Shown: positions 1-10,428, counted from the stretch's first letter. The stretch: 22,724 nucleotides of DNA from Tubiluchus corallicola (GCA_030141605.1 JAQGDQ010001118.1:1-22724); one strand, 5' to 3'. Made by a program: numbers and translations. Notes: generated from the sequence alone by a model not told the origin.

Positions 1-561
1 GATGCCTCTCCTAGAAGTAAAGGGCTAGGTCCTGATGTTTTCCCTTCATGGGAATAATTACCAAAAGTGTCACAAAAAATAGACAAATTACGAAGACGGA
101 CTTCAAATATTCGAATTTGGTTTTTGAAAGCCCAAACAGACGAACTTACATTGAGCAGACTCTAGTTCTCAGTCTGTGTCAATGGCAGAGCTGCTTCTAT
201 GTCAAAGTTCTTTTAGTGTTTCGCTGAAATTTGCTACGAGATCTTCTAATATCTCAATGAAAACTTTAAACTGCTTTAGCCATGTGGGTTGATAAGTCAA
301 ATGACTAGGGTGTGTGACCTTACACTACAAAGTTCTGGATTCGAATCCAAGTTTACTCTAAATTTTTTAGAACCCTTCTCGTTCCAAACTTGGCAACTGA
401 TTGAAGATTGTTTACCTCGACAAATAAACAAGCTAGTAAACAAACACACAAACAAATTTGTGACTACTTTGCTAGATAGAATAAAATGATTTTGCAAATG
501 TATTATTAATTTATCCCTTGTACAGACTATCTATTTTAGTCTCCATCCATTTTTTGTCAGA

Positions 562-1045
562 CCGAGTTTTTGGAAGACCAGTAGTGCCATTTTTGTAAAT
601 CACGTAAATTTGTTGAGAAAATTTTTACAGACCCAGTACAGTATTTCACAAGCTGACCGCTAGTTGGCAGGCCGTCACTTTGTTTACATCACGCACATCA
701 GTGTAACCACGTGTATATCTCTATGTATAAAAATATAGAATCAATTGTGCTGCATTATTTGAGTCAATTGCAGACAGTTTTTATATACTTTTGCATAGGA
801 GCGGCCAGTACTTAGGTGTTTTTGAGACAATTAGGTATCATGTATCCTTGATAGTTGGGTATTTTAAATTATGCATGAAACAAGGTAATTGATATTTCAA
901 GTCCACTTAGAGGCTTTCTAGGGTCACAAAATTGCAATTGCTGCTTCCAAGGGGGCTTTACCCCTCAACCCCATTGGGGGCCTAGGTGACCCCAAAACCC
1001 CCGGCCTGTTTCAGAGTTTTTTGCAATTTGTCATTCTGACACCTG
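562..1045 (+). mobile_element. Left-truncated copy of hAT-like MITE (same family as 10708-10859 and 19649-20109)
   Basis: Near-identical to 19649-20109 from 'gagtttttggaagaccagtagtgcc' onward; ends in a degenerate TIR 'cattctgacacctg'. Confidence 0.8.
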
Positions 1046-1669
1046 AATAATCACTGCATAAAGAACAAACATTTTCAGTTTTTTTAATTACTGTGGGGTT
1101 ACAAAAAATTTTGTTGAATTGGGTCTCAGTATAATCACCCATAAATACCATTGGGCAGTCCTAAGTGTAAATTTCTTTGTAGAATTAAGCAGCTAGTTTT
1201 TACCTATCCTTTAATAGCCAAAATTTTTCCATGTAACATCTGCTAGTACCGCTTTGCTGTTTTCATATTTTCAAATAAAATTTGCACACTAAACATTGAC
1301 TTTATGTTGTAAAACATGTTAAAGAATAGCTAATGGTAACGTATCGTATCATATCATATCGTAATCTTTGATTCAATCCGAATCGAGGTTCTAAGTTACT
1401 TTAGATCCGACCCAATTCGACCTAGACTTTTGGGAAAAAATCCGGTTTAGCTTCGGTTACAGAGGCAATTTGGTAGTGCTTTATTGTAAAAGCGTTATGC
1501 GCTCCTTTAACTTTTAATTTTGGACTCATGGAGTGTAGGTAAATGCACACCAAGCATTTTTTTGACGGATCATTTTAAGTTGTTATGTCGTCGGCAGAAA
1601 AAATCTACTACAAAATAATTAGATTATTTATAGTCTTTAATATTAGATAAGACGGTCATTATTATTGGA

Positions 1670-1788
1670 GACTACGGCCAAATCACGTTGAAACACCTGT
1701 TCTCGTCTGATCACCGAAGTTAAGTAACGTAGAGCCTGGTTAGAGCTTGGAAGGGTGACCGCCTAGGAATACCAGGTGCTGTAGGCTT
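1670..1788 (+). rRNA. 5S rRNA-derived sequence (head of a SINE, probably not a functional 5S gene)
   Basis: 119 nt 'gactacggcca...tctcgtctgatcaccgaagttaag...gggtgaccgcctaggaataccaggtgctgtaggctt' follows the metazoan 5S pattern; no oligo-T terminator follows and the copy is solitary. Confidence 0.85.
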
Positions 1789-2220
1789 GCGGGATGCCCA
1801 CACTGTATCTCGACACTAGGCGGAGGAGCTGTACAAGCAGCCAACGGCTAGAGGGCGGAGGAGGCCAAGTGACCCAACGGCCATGTGTAGAGGAGTAAAC
1901 CACTCCAAATCAGGAGTGGAGCCCCGAAGGCGGACCAGTGCAGCATGCTCACTGACTCTGGCGGCTCCTGCAGCCAACCTGGTGCCAAACGTATCTCTCA
2001 GCTTTCCTTTGGACTACACCAGGGAGGAAGAGAGGGGGTTCCTGTTGTCTGGGCAACTCAGGATCTCCATACACTTTGCCCAGGCGTGCGCCCTGGAGAC
2101 GCTCAAGGATCGGACTGCTCAGCCACAGTCGATGCTGCAGCTCCATCAATGTGATCAATAAGTGACTCTCTTGGCGCACACTCCATTGTCTTCCGAGACA
2201 GAAGGACGCCAACAACAACA
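1670..2220 (+). mobile_element. 5S-derived SINE (SINE3-type) with RTE-like body and (CAA)n tail
   Basis: 5S head, ~430 nt GC-rich body, 3' hairpin tgtct-tccg-agaca (2187-2200), (caa)n tail, flanking direct repeat attattgga (1661-1669) / attattaga (2221-2229). Confidence 0.8.
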
Positions 2221-2260
2221 ATTATTAGAGCATTGCTGTCAGACAGTTCATCTGTAATTT

Positions 2261-2464
2261 AAATGATTTTAAATCGATATTTGGATTCGATCCGGATTTG
2301 AAAATGATTTTAAACCGATATTTGGATTCGATCCGCATTCGAAAATTATTTTAAACTGAGATTTGGATTTGATCCGGATTTGAAAATACGGAATCGAAAA
2401 TTATTATGAACAAGAGATTCAGTGTAGATTCAGATTCGGTAATTTCAGATTCGTGACGTCCCTA
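2261..2464. repeat. 41-nt tandem repeat (x3) inside the probable right end of a GATTCG-rich MITE
   Basis: gatatttggattcgatcc-like motif at 2276, 2317, 2358; ends 'gattcgtgacgtcccta', a TAGGG-type terminus on the reverse strand. Confidence 0.55.
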
Positions 2465-2644
2465 TACGGTCTGTTCCGGAGAATTTAAAATTCAAAGATA
2501 AGTTTTTTCTGCAAGATCTCATTAGTTATTATTTAATTAATTAATTAGTTAATCATTAATTGAATTATTTATGTAGTGCAGTAGAAGTAACAGGTGCAAA
2601 TTAGCTCATTACTTGCAATTAACACTTTCTGACTAACCTTACAG

Positions 2645-2878
2645 ATGTTTATAAACGAATACGACGAAGTGCCTTTCAAAGCCATCACGTACCTAACGGG
2701 CGAATGCAACTACGGAGGGCGTGTCACGGACGACCTCGATCGACGGCTTCTTTTGACCATGCTGGCCGACTTCTACTGCAAGGAGATCATCATCGAACCG
2801 AAGTACAAACTTTCTCGTAGCGGAGAATATTACGCACCTCCCAAGGGCACACACGAGTCTTACCTTACTTTCATACAG
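2645..2878 (+). CDS. DNAH12: Axonemal dynein heavy chain, exon A (AAA6/lid region): MFINEYDEVPFKAITYLTGECNYGGRVTDD...YLTFIQ
   Basis: Acceptor ctaaccttacag|, donor CAG|gtaacg, 234 nt phase 0; conserved GECNYGGRVTDD dynein motif. Confidence 0.93.
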
Positions 2879-4937
2879 GTAACGAAGTTGTTGTAGAGTA
2901 CCGTACGGGTAGTCTTTGACTTACCTTACTTTCGTACAGGTAAAGAAGTTGTTGTAGAGTACTGTACAGGTAGCGTTTGACTTACTTTACTTTCATACAG
3001 GTAACGAAGTTGTTGTAGAGTGCTGTACAGGTAGTCTTTGACTTACCTTACTTTCATACAGGTAACGAAGTTGTTGTAGAGTACTGTACAGGTAGTGTTT
3101 GACTTACCTTACTTTCATACAGGTAACGAAGTTGTTGTAGAGTACTGTACAGGTAGTGTTTGACTTACTTTACTTTCATACAGGTAACAAAGTTGTTGTA
3201 GAGTGCTGTACAGGTAGTCTTTGACTTACCTTACTTTCATACAGGTAACGAAGTTGTTGTAGAGTACCGTACAGGTAGCGTTTGACTTACCTTACTTTCA
3301 TACAGGTAACGAAGTTGTTGTAGAGTACTGTACAGGTAGTGTTTGACTTACCTTACTTTCATACAGGTAACGAAGTTGTTGTAGAGTGCTGTACAGGTAG
3401 TGTTTGACTTACCTTACTTTCATACAGGTAACAAAGTTGTTGTAGAGTACTGTACAGGTAGTCTTTGACTTACCTCACTTTCATACAGGTAACGAAGTTG
3501 TTGTAGAGTACTGTACAGGTAGTCTTTGACTTACCTTACTTTCATACAGGTAGCGAAGTTGTTGTAGAGTACCGTACAGGTAGTCTTTGACTTACCTTAC
3601 TTTCATACAGGTAACGAAGTTGTTGTAGAGTACTGTACAGGTAGTGTTTGACTTACCTTACTTTCATACAGGTAACGAAGTTGTTGTAGAGTGCTGTACA
3701 GGTAGTGTTTGACTTACCTTACTTTCGTACAGGTAATGAAGTTGTTGTAGAGTACTGTACAGGTAGTGTTTGACTTACCTTACTTTCGTACAGGTAACGA
3801 AGTTGTTGTAGAGTACTGTACAGGTAGTGTTTGACTTACCTTACTTTCGTACAGGTAACGAAGTTGTTGTAGAGTACTGTACAGGTAGTGTTTGATTTAC
3901 CTTACTTTCGTACAGGTAACAAAGTTGTTGTAGAGTACTGTACAGGTAGTCTTTGACTTACCTCACTTTCATACAGGTAACGAAGTTGTTGTAGAGTACT
4001 GTACAGGTAGTCTTTGACTTACCTTACTTTCATACAGGTAGCGAAGTTGTTGTAGAGTACCGTACAGGTAGTGTTTGACTTACCTTACTTTCATACAGGT
4101 AACGAAGTTGTTGTAGAGTACTGTACAGGTAGTGTTTGACTTACCTTACTTTCATACAGGTAACGAAGTTGTTGTAGAGTGCTGTACAGGTAGTGTTTGA
4201 CTTACCTTACTTTCGTACAGGTAACGAAGTTGTTGTAGAGTACTGTACAGGTAGTGTTTGACTTACCTTACTTTCGTACAGGTAACGAAGTTGTTGTAGA
4301 GTACTGTACAGGTAGTGTTTGACTTACCTTACTTTCATACAGGTAACGAAGTTGTTGTAGAGTACTGTACAGGTAGTGTTTGACTTACCTTACTTTCATA
4401 CAGGTAGCGAAGTTGTTGTAGAGTACCGTACAGGTAGTCTTTGACTTACCTTACTTTCATACAGGTAACGAAGTTGTTGTAGGGTACCGTACAGGTAGTG
4501 TTTGACTTACCTTACTTTCATACAGGTAACGAAGTTGTTGTAGAGTACTGTACAGGTAGTGTTTGACTTACCTTACTTTCATACAGGTAGCGAAGTTGTT
4601 GTAGAGTACCGTACAGGTAGTCTTTGACTTACCTTACTTTCATACAGGTAACGAAGTTGTTGTAGAGTACTGTACAGGTAGTCTTTGACTTACCTTACTT
4701 TCATACAAGTAGCGAAGTTGTTGTAGAGTACTGTACAGGTAGTCTTTGACTTACCTTACTTTCATACAGGTAACGAAGTTGTTGTAGAGAGCTGTGCAGG
4801 TAGTCTTTGACTTACCTTACTTTCATACAGGTAGCGAAGTTGTTGTAGAGTACCGTACAGGTAGTGTTTGACTTACTTTGCTTTCATACAGGTAACGAAG
4901 TTGTTGTAGAGTACTGTACAGGTAGTCTTTGACTTAC
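2859..4937 (+). repeat. 61-nt minisatellite, ~34 copies, built from the exon A 3' end plus its splice donor
   Basis: Unit gtaacgaagttgttgtagagtactgtacaggtagtgtttgacttaccttactttcatacag; GT at 2879+61n up to 4892. Confidence 0.97.
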
Positions 4938-4957
4938 GACTGTTCAACTTTATGACC

Positions 4958-5466
4958 CAACGAGTTGCGAGAGCGGTTACCAAGCCGTTCGCACGTTGCA
5001 ACGAGTTGTGAGAGTGCCTACCAAGCCATTCGCATGTTGCAACATGTTGCGAGAGAAGTTGCCAGGCCATTCGCACGTTGCAACAAGTTGCGAGAGAAGT
5101 TGCCAAGCCGTTCACACGTTGCAACCAGTTGCGAGAGCGGTTACCAAGCCATTCGCACGTTGCAACATGTTGCGAGAGAAGTTGCCAAGCGTTCACACGT
5201 TGCAACAAGTTGCGAGAGAAGTTGCCAAGCCATTCGCACGTTGCAACAAGTTGCGAGAGCAGTTACCAAGCCATTCGCACGTTGCAACATGTTGCGAGAG
5301 AAGTTGCCAAGCTGTTCACACGTTGCAACAAGTTGACAGAAGTTGCCAAGCCATTCACACGTTGCAACAAGTTGTGAGAGAAGTTGCCAAGCCGTTCGCA
5401 CGTTGCAAAAAGTTGCAAGAGACGTTGCCATGCCGTTTGCATGTTGCAACAAGTTGCAAGAGAAGT
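4958..5466. repeat. 41-nt minisatellite, ~12 copies
   Basis: Unit gttgcgagagaagttgccaagccattcgcacgttgcaacaa with internal palindrome gttgcaac. Confidence 0.93.
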
Positions 5467-5529
5467 CTCTACATCTGAACGTGCCATTAAAGATATTAAT
5501 GAAAATACAAGACACGTTTGTTTTTCTAG

Positions 5530-5718
5530 AACCTGCCATCAACTCAGAAGCCCGAGGTGTTTGGAATGCACGACAATGTTGATATTTCAAAGGAACTACA
5601 GGAGACAAAAACCCTCTTCAATTCCGTGCTGCTCACGCAAGGACAGCACGTTGTGACCGCAGCCGGGAAAAAGGCAGACGAGCTTCTCTTTGACATTGCT
5701 AATGACATTCTTTCTAAG
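5530..5718 (+). CDS. DNAH12: Dynein heavy chain exon B: NLPSTQKPEVFGMHDNVDISKELQETKTLF...DIANDILSK
   Basis: tttttctag| acceptor, AAG|gtaaga donor, 189 nt phase 0; PEVFG-H-N dynein motif. Confidence 0.92.
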
Positions 5719-5868
5719 GTAAGATATACCGTGTGATCCAAAAAAAATCATGCATGCAACAGACAAAGGCAAAGGGCAGATGAGCTTCTCTATGACATCG
5801 CTAATGACATTCTTTCTAAGGTAAGATTTACCGTGTGATCCAAAAAAATCATGCATGCAATAGACAAT
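5672..5868 (+). repeat. 102-nt tandem duplication of the exon B 3' end and its donor
   Basis: ggcaga(c/t)gagcttctct...tttctaag|gtaagat...catgcatgcaa occurs twice; donors at 5719 and 5821. Confidence 0.92.
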
Positions 5869-6370
5869 GGGACGAAAAGTCAGAGAAAATGATGAAAATG
5901 GGAGGAAAAGTCAGGGAAAATGGGACGAAAAATTAGGGAAAATGATGAAAATGGGACGAAAAGTCAGGGAAAATGGGACAAAAAATTAGGGAAAATGATG
6001 AAAATGGGACGGAAAATTAGCGGAAATGATGAAAATGGGATTAAAAGTCAGGGAAAATGATGGAAATGGGACAAAAAATCTGGAAAATGATGAAAATGGG
6101 ACGAAAAGTCAGGGAAATGATGAAAATGGGACCAAAGGTCAGGAAAAATGATGCAAATGGGACGAAATGCCAGGGGAAATGATGAAAATGGGACGAAAGG
6201 TCAGGAAAAATGATGAAAATGGGACGAAAGGTCAGGGGAAATGATGAAAATGGGACGAAAAGTCAGGAAATATGATGAAAATGGGATGAAAAGTCAGGGA
6301 AAATGATGAAAACGGGACAGAATGTGATGGAAAATGATGAAAATTGGACGAAAAGTCCGGGAAATTGGAA
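5868..6370. repeat. Degenerate ~31-nt purine-rich minisatellite
   Basis: Unit ~gggacgaaaagtcagggaaaatgatgaaaat; related motif at ~6674-6723 followed by 'cgtgggaacccg', a possible MITE terminus. Confidence 0.85.
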
Positions 6371-6791
6371 AGGGTTGCAAAAATAATCACCGTGGAGAGA
6401 TATTTTTTCAAACAAACAGTGATTCGTATTCAAACAAAATGTTGCTATGACCGGCTCCCAGTTCCGATTTCTGTTCCAAAAATAATGATTGGATTAAGAA
6501 AGTTTATTTAATGTGATTAGTGTAATTTCTTTACCACTACTGCAACTGCGCCAACACATTATATATCAGTATATGAATGAATGCCCATACACAAAAATGT
6601 ATGAATATGTATACTAATACATATTCAAATATTTTTGTGTATATGGTAATACTATTATAGAAAATCAATATTTGGTCAGGGAAAAGTCAGGAAAATTTGT
6701 TTTAAAATCCCGTGGGAACCCGGATAACGGACGTGCCGACTTGCCTCTCTTTGGTGCCGACTTTCGTTAAAATTTTCAAACCTTTTTTCAG

Positions 6792-6895
6792 CTTCCCGCA
6801 AATTTCAGTCTTGAAGAATCTCTAAGGAAGTATCCGGTGTTGTACAACGAGAGCATGAATACGGTACTTGTACAAGAAATGCAACGTTTCAACAA
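6792..6895 (+). CDS. DNAH12: Dynein heavy chain exon C: [34 protein letters not shown]
   Basis: ttttttcag| acceptor, AA|gtaagt donor, 104 nt ending in phase 2; YP..Y.ESMNTVL.QE motif. Confidence 0.93.
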
Positions 6896-6940
6896 GTAAG
6901 TGCCAATACTGAACTTTTCTACATTCAGTATGATGCATCA

Positions 6941-7830
6941 GTGTGCATTGATTATACAGTTAAGCAGTACTGGCTCTGGCTAATAAATGGATAGGTGATC
7001 TGTTGCCCGAGTTTCAGAAAGATGTCAAATGTCTGCAGGGGTTTTTCTATTTGCAAAACTGATGTGTGAGAACAGTTAATGAGTCATTTGAGGGGAACAG
7101 CTAGAGTATGCAGTGATTATACAGTTAAGCAGTGCTGGCTCTGGCTAATAAATGGATAGGTGATCTGTTGCCCGAGTTTCAGAAAGATGTCAAATGTCTG
7201 CAGGGGTTTTTCTATTTGCAAAAACTGATGTGTGAGAACAGTTAAAGAGTCATTTGAGGGGAACAGCTAGAGTGTGCAGTGATTATACAGTTAAGCAGTG
7301 CTGGCTCTGGCTAATAAATGGATAGGTGATCTGTTGCCCGAGTTTCAAAAAGATGTCAAATGTCTGCAGAGGTTTTTCTATTTGCAAAACTGATGTGTGA
7401 GAACAGTTAATGAGTCATTTGAGGGGAACAGCTAGAGTGTCCAGTGATTATACAGTTAAGCAGTGATGGCTCTGGCTAATAAATGGATAGGTGATCTGTT
7501 GCCCGAGTTTCAAAAAGATGTCAAATGTCTGCAGAGGTTTTTCTATTTGCAAAACTGATGTGTGAGAACAGTTAATGAGTCATTTGAGGGGAACAGCTAG
7601 AGTGTCCAGTGATTATACAGTTAAGCAGTGATGGCTCTGGCTAATAAATGGATAGGTGATCTGTTGCCCGAGTTTCAGAAAGATGTCACGTGTCTGCTGA
7701 GGTTTTTCTATTTGCAAAACTGATATGTGAGAACAGTTAATGAGTCATTTGAGTGGAACAGCTAGAGTGTGCAGTGATTATACAGTTAAGCAGTGCTGGC
7801 TCTGGCTAATAAATGGATAGGTGATCTGTT
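6941..7830. repeat. 165-nt tandem repeat, ~5.4 copies
   Basis: gattatacagttaagcag at 6950, 7115, 7281, 7446, 7611, 7776. Confidence 0.96.
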
Positions 7831-8095
7831 ACTAGACGTTTTCGGGGAAAGTGTTTGCATCAGTTTTCCTAAAACTTCACCTTTTAGTTTACTAGACGTT
7901 ATCCAGGAAAGTCTATCTGTCAGTTTTCCTAAAATTTTGTCTTTTAGTTTACTAGACGTTATCCGGGAAAGTCTATCTGTCAGTTTTCCTAAAATTTTGT
8001 CTTTTAGTTTACTAGACGTTATCCGGGAAAGTCTATCTGCCAGTTTTCCTAAAATTTTGTCTTTTAGTTTACTCGACGTTATCCGGGAAAGTCTA
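7829..8095 (+). repeat. 60-nt tandem repeat containing the exon D splice acceptor (4 acceptor copies)
   Basis: cagttttcctaaaattttgtcttttag|tttactagacgttatccgggaaagtcta; AG ends at 7887, 7947, 8007, 8067. Confidence 0.95.
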
Positions 8096-8272
8096 CAGAA
8101 CCTGCAGAGAGCCATCAAAGGTTTAGTCGTCATGTCGTCCGACTTAGAATCACTAGCGAGTAGTCTCACTATTGGCAAAGTGCCAACACTCTGGGCTGCT
8201 AGATCGTATCCCTCTCTCAAACCTCTGGGAAGTTACATTTCGGATCTGCTAGAGCGGCTAGCATTTTTGCAG
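8068..8272 (+). CDS. DNAH12: Dynein heavy chain exon D: (N)[23 protein letters not shown]...[23 protein letters not shown]
   Basis: Last acceptor copy gives the homologous-length protein; CAG|gtacgt donor; 205 nt; AIKG.VVMS and SYPSLKPL motifs. Confidence 0.92.
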
Positions 8273-8553
8273 GTACGTCTAATACATTCTAGTGCATTAT
8301 AGTTAATAGAGTTCAGCTTTTATTGATGGTTTCTGTACTACGATGATTCACTACTATTACAAAAGGCTACCATTGCCTATAGGGGTGTGCAAACTGTGGC
8401 CCGCAGGTTGCTAGATTAGTATAGAAATAAGTATTGAGTTACTTAAGGTGTTATCCCTGGGCTATGTCCTAAGCAAAATTATTATTATTCTCTCATCCTC
8501 TTTCTAAAAAGCTATGTATCTCTTTCCGAGAGTCCCACTAGGTGCCGCTAGAA

Positions 8554-9013
8554 CAGGGGTGTGTAAATTGCGACCCGCGAAGAGATTGTCAACCTAATGA
8601 AAGTGCAGCCCGGGCGATTAGTTGAGTGTATCCAGCTGAAGTCCGTGCCACGATCCCAAAGATAGTGCGGGTAGTTTTTTCTACTAGATCGGATGGCATT
8701 AACCCTTACAAGACGGTTGTAGCTTAATGTCACTGTACTACACAGACTGTGTGATACACATTACTAATCTGCATTGTAATGAAATTACCACTATCTGTCC
8801 TGAAAGTAGAAATATATGGTTTGTAATATAAATCTTAATAACTTCTAAAATAGTTTCTTGAGTGTAGTAGTAATGATGTACGCAGGTCGGATGCAAAAAA
8901 ATCCTTATTAGGCCTTTCTGTACTTGACTCCTTGATCAAATTGCCTGTGGCCCACAGGAATTGCGGGAAAGTTTAATGTGGCCCGGCTAGTCAGATAATT
9001 TGCACCACACCTG
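8554..9013. mobile_element. Old hAT (Charlie-like) non-autonomous element; a second left end lies at 8380
   Basis: Termini cagggg(g)tgtgtaaatt / aatttgcaccacacctg, subterminal tgtggccc motifs, flanks cgctagaa / aactagaa. Confidence 0.6.
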
Positions 9014-9194
9014 AACTAGAACATTTTTTCTACAGACTGTTTGGTCAAAATTTGGAAAAGATCCGGAGTTGGGTCCAGAAAAACACCTGTAATGGGATGT
9101 TGCAACCCTCCCTCGAATTCTAAATAAGGCTATAACACCCACCATTGAACGGGCCATCTAAGCATTACCAGCACCCACTCCCTGTTCATTCCCG

Positions 9195-9420
9195 ATCTCC
9201 AGAAATACGAGGTATAAGTTTCGCAAGTTTTGCGAAAAAAGGCCGGAAAGGGAGTTTTTGGAAGTTTTTCGCAAGGCGTTCCTCCCGGTTGGTCCGATTC
9301 GAAAAATGAACCAATGGGAGAGAACCTGTGGGCGGAGAACTTTCATGGGACATATAGATCATCGAGAATGCTGTCGTCATCGGAGCTGTAGCCTCGTCAG
9401 TTTTATATATATGTATAAAT
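9195..9420 (-). mobile_element. Fragment of the Helitron-like family also seen at 21161-21992, in inverted orientation
   Basis: Reverse complement tatatataaaactgacgaggctacagctc matches tatatataagattcgaggctacagccc at ~21222; colinear similarity continues ~200 nt. Confidence 0.6.
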
Positions 9421-9464
9421 ACCTATATATCATGAAAATTAATTAGAAGACTAAAAACACAACA

Positions 9465-10084
9465 AAAGCAAAAAATGTGCTTCATTTTACAACTGCTGAT
9501 AATTTTTTTTTAATTGGTACTTTTGTTCAGTATGTCCATCTTGTTTACACATAATAATGATTTTTTTTCTACCTGTGCCCGCGTGCTAAATATAGCTGGT
9601 ATCCCACGGGATACATTGGGATTCAATGGAAGCATAAAATGTGCTTCATTTTGCAACTGCTGATAATTTTTTTTGATTTGGTACTTTTGTTCAGTATGTC
9701 CATCTTGTTTACACATAATAATGATTTTTTTTCTACCTCTGCCCACGTGCTAAATATAGCTGGTATCCCACGGGATACATTGGGATTCAATGTAAGCATA
9801 AAATGTGCTTCATTTCGCAACTGCTGATCACTTTTTAAAGTATTTAAGACATTTAGTATGCATGCTATGCTGATCTGTACAAAGTCGTCTCTAAAGTACT
9901 GTACCTTGCGCAGTTTTTTATGCTATGTAGATTTTCTATTTTATCACCATTTTTAGCCTATTCTTATTGGCTTAAACTCAAAATAACTATTAACAGATCA
10001 AATGACTGTCAATTTTAAAATTTTATTAATTTTAAAGGCAGAAAATATTCTCGTATCCCACAGGATACTACATGTATGAAAGGG
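9465..10084 (+). mobile_element. piggyBac-type MITE, left-truncated, with internal 164-nt tandem duplication
   Basis: Ends tatgaaaggg|ttaa; near-identical to 16243-16704; tgtgcttcattt at 9476, 9640, 9804. Confidence 0.8.
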
Positions 10085-10141
10085 TTAAACTCCCGCCTCA
10101 CACTAAGGCAGATTTGTAAACCACTGTTCATTGTATTTCGA

Positions 10142-10395
10142 GATGGTAATGTGTAGTCTAGTGGTAATGTGTCTGCTTTCCGTCTGGGAGGTCGTGAGTT
10201 CGAACCAGCGGCCGGGTCATATCAAATACTTTAAAAATGGTACCTGCTGTTGCCCTGCCTGACGCGTGGTATTTAGGGTAAAAGTGGGGTAATAACAGTC
10301 TCTGTTATGTAGTTGTAGGTTGCTATTTACAGTCGGCGATAATAGCTCTTTGAGCTAATGTTAATTGTTGACCCAAAAGCCGACTTTAAATAAAG

Positions 10396-10428
<33 letters not shown>

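Noticed and set aside
1-500. Upstream dynein exon or other coding sequence
   Set aside because: The expected preceding motif (GWNIPY.FN.SD) was not found, and the 66-aa ORFs have no recognisable similarity
1670-1788. Functional 5S rRNA gene
   Set aside because: Solitary, lacks an oligo-T terminator, and continues into a SINE body with tail and target duplication
1883-2221. ORFs of 69-92 aa
   Set aside because: Fall within the non-coding SINE body; no recognisable domain
2859-4937. CRISPR array interpretation of the 61-nt (and 63-nt) repeats
   Set aside because: No unique spacers and no cas genes; the context is a spliceosomal intron
4873-5608. Cluster of overlapping Cys/His-containing ORFs
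   Set aside because: Translations of the 41-nt minisatellite in several frames
5868-6370. Hammerhead-like words (tgatga...ggacgaaa..gtc) in the ~31-nt repeat
   Set aside because: Core reads ATGATGA rather than CTGATGA, and the purine-rich unit cannot form stems I-III
6941-7830. Retrozyme interpretation of the 165-nt tandem repeat
   Set aside because: Unit size fits, but no CTGANGA...GAAA core with flanking stems was found on either strand
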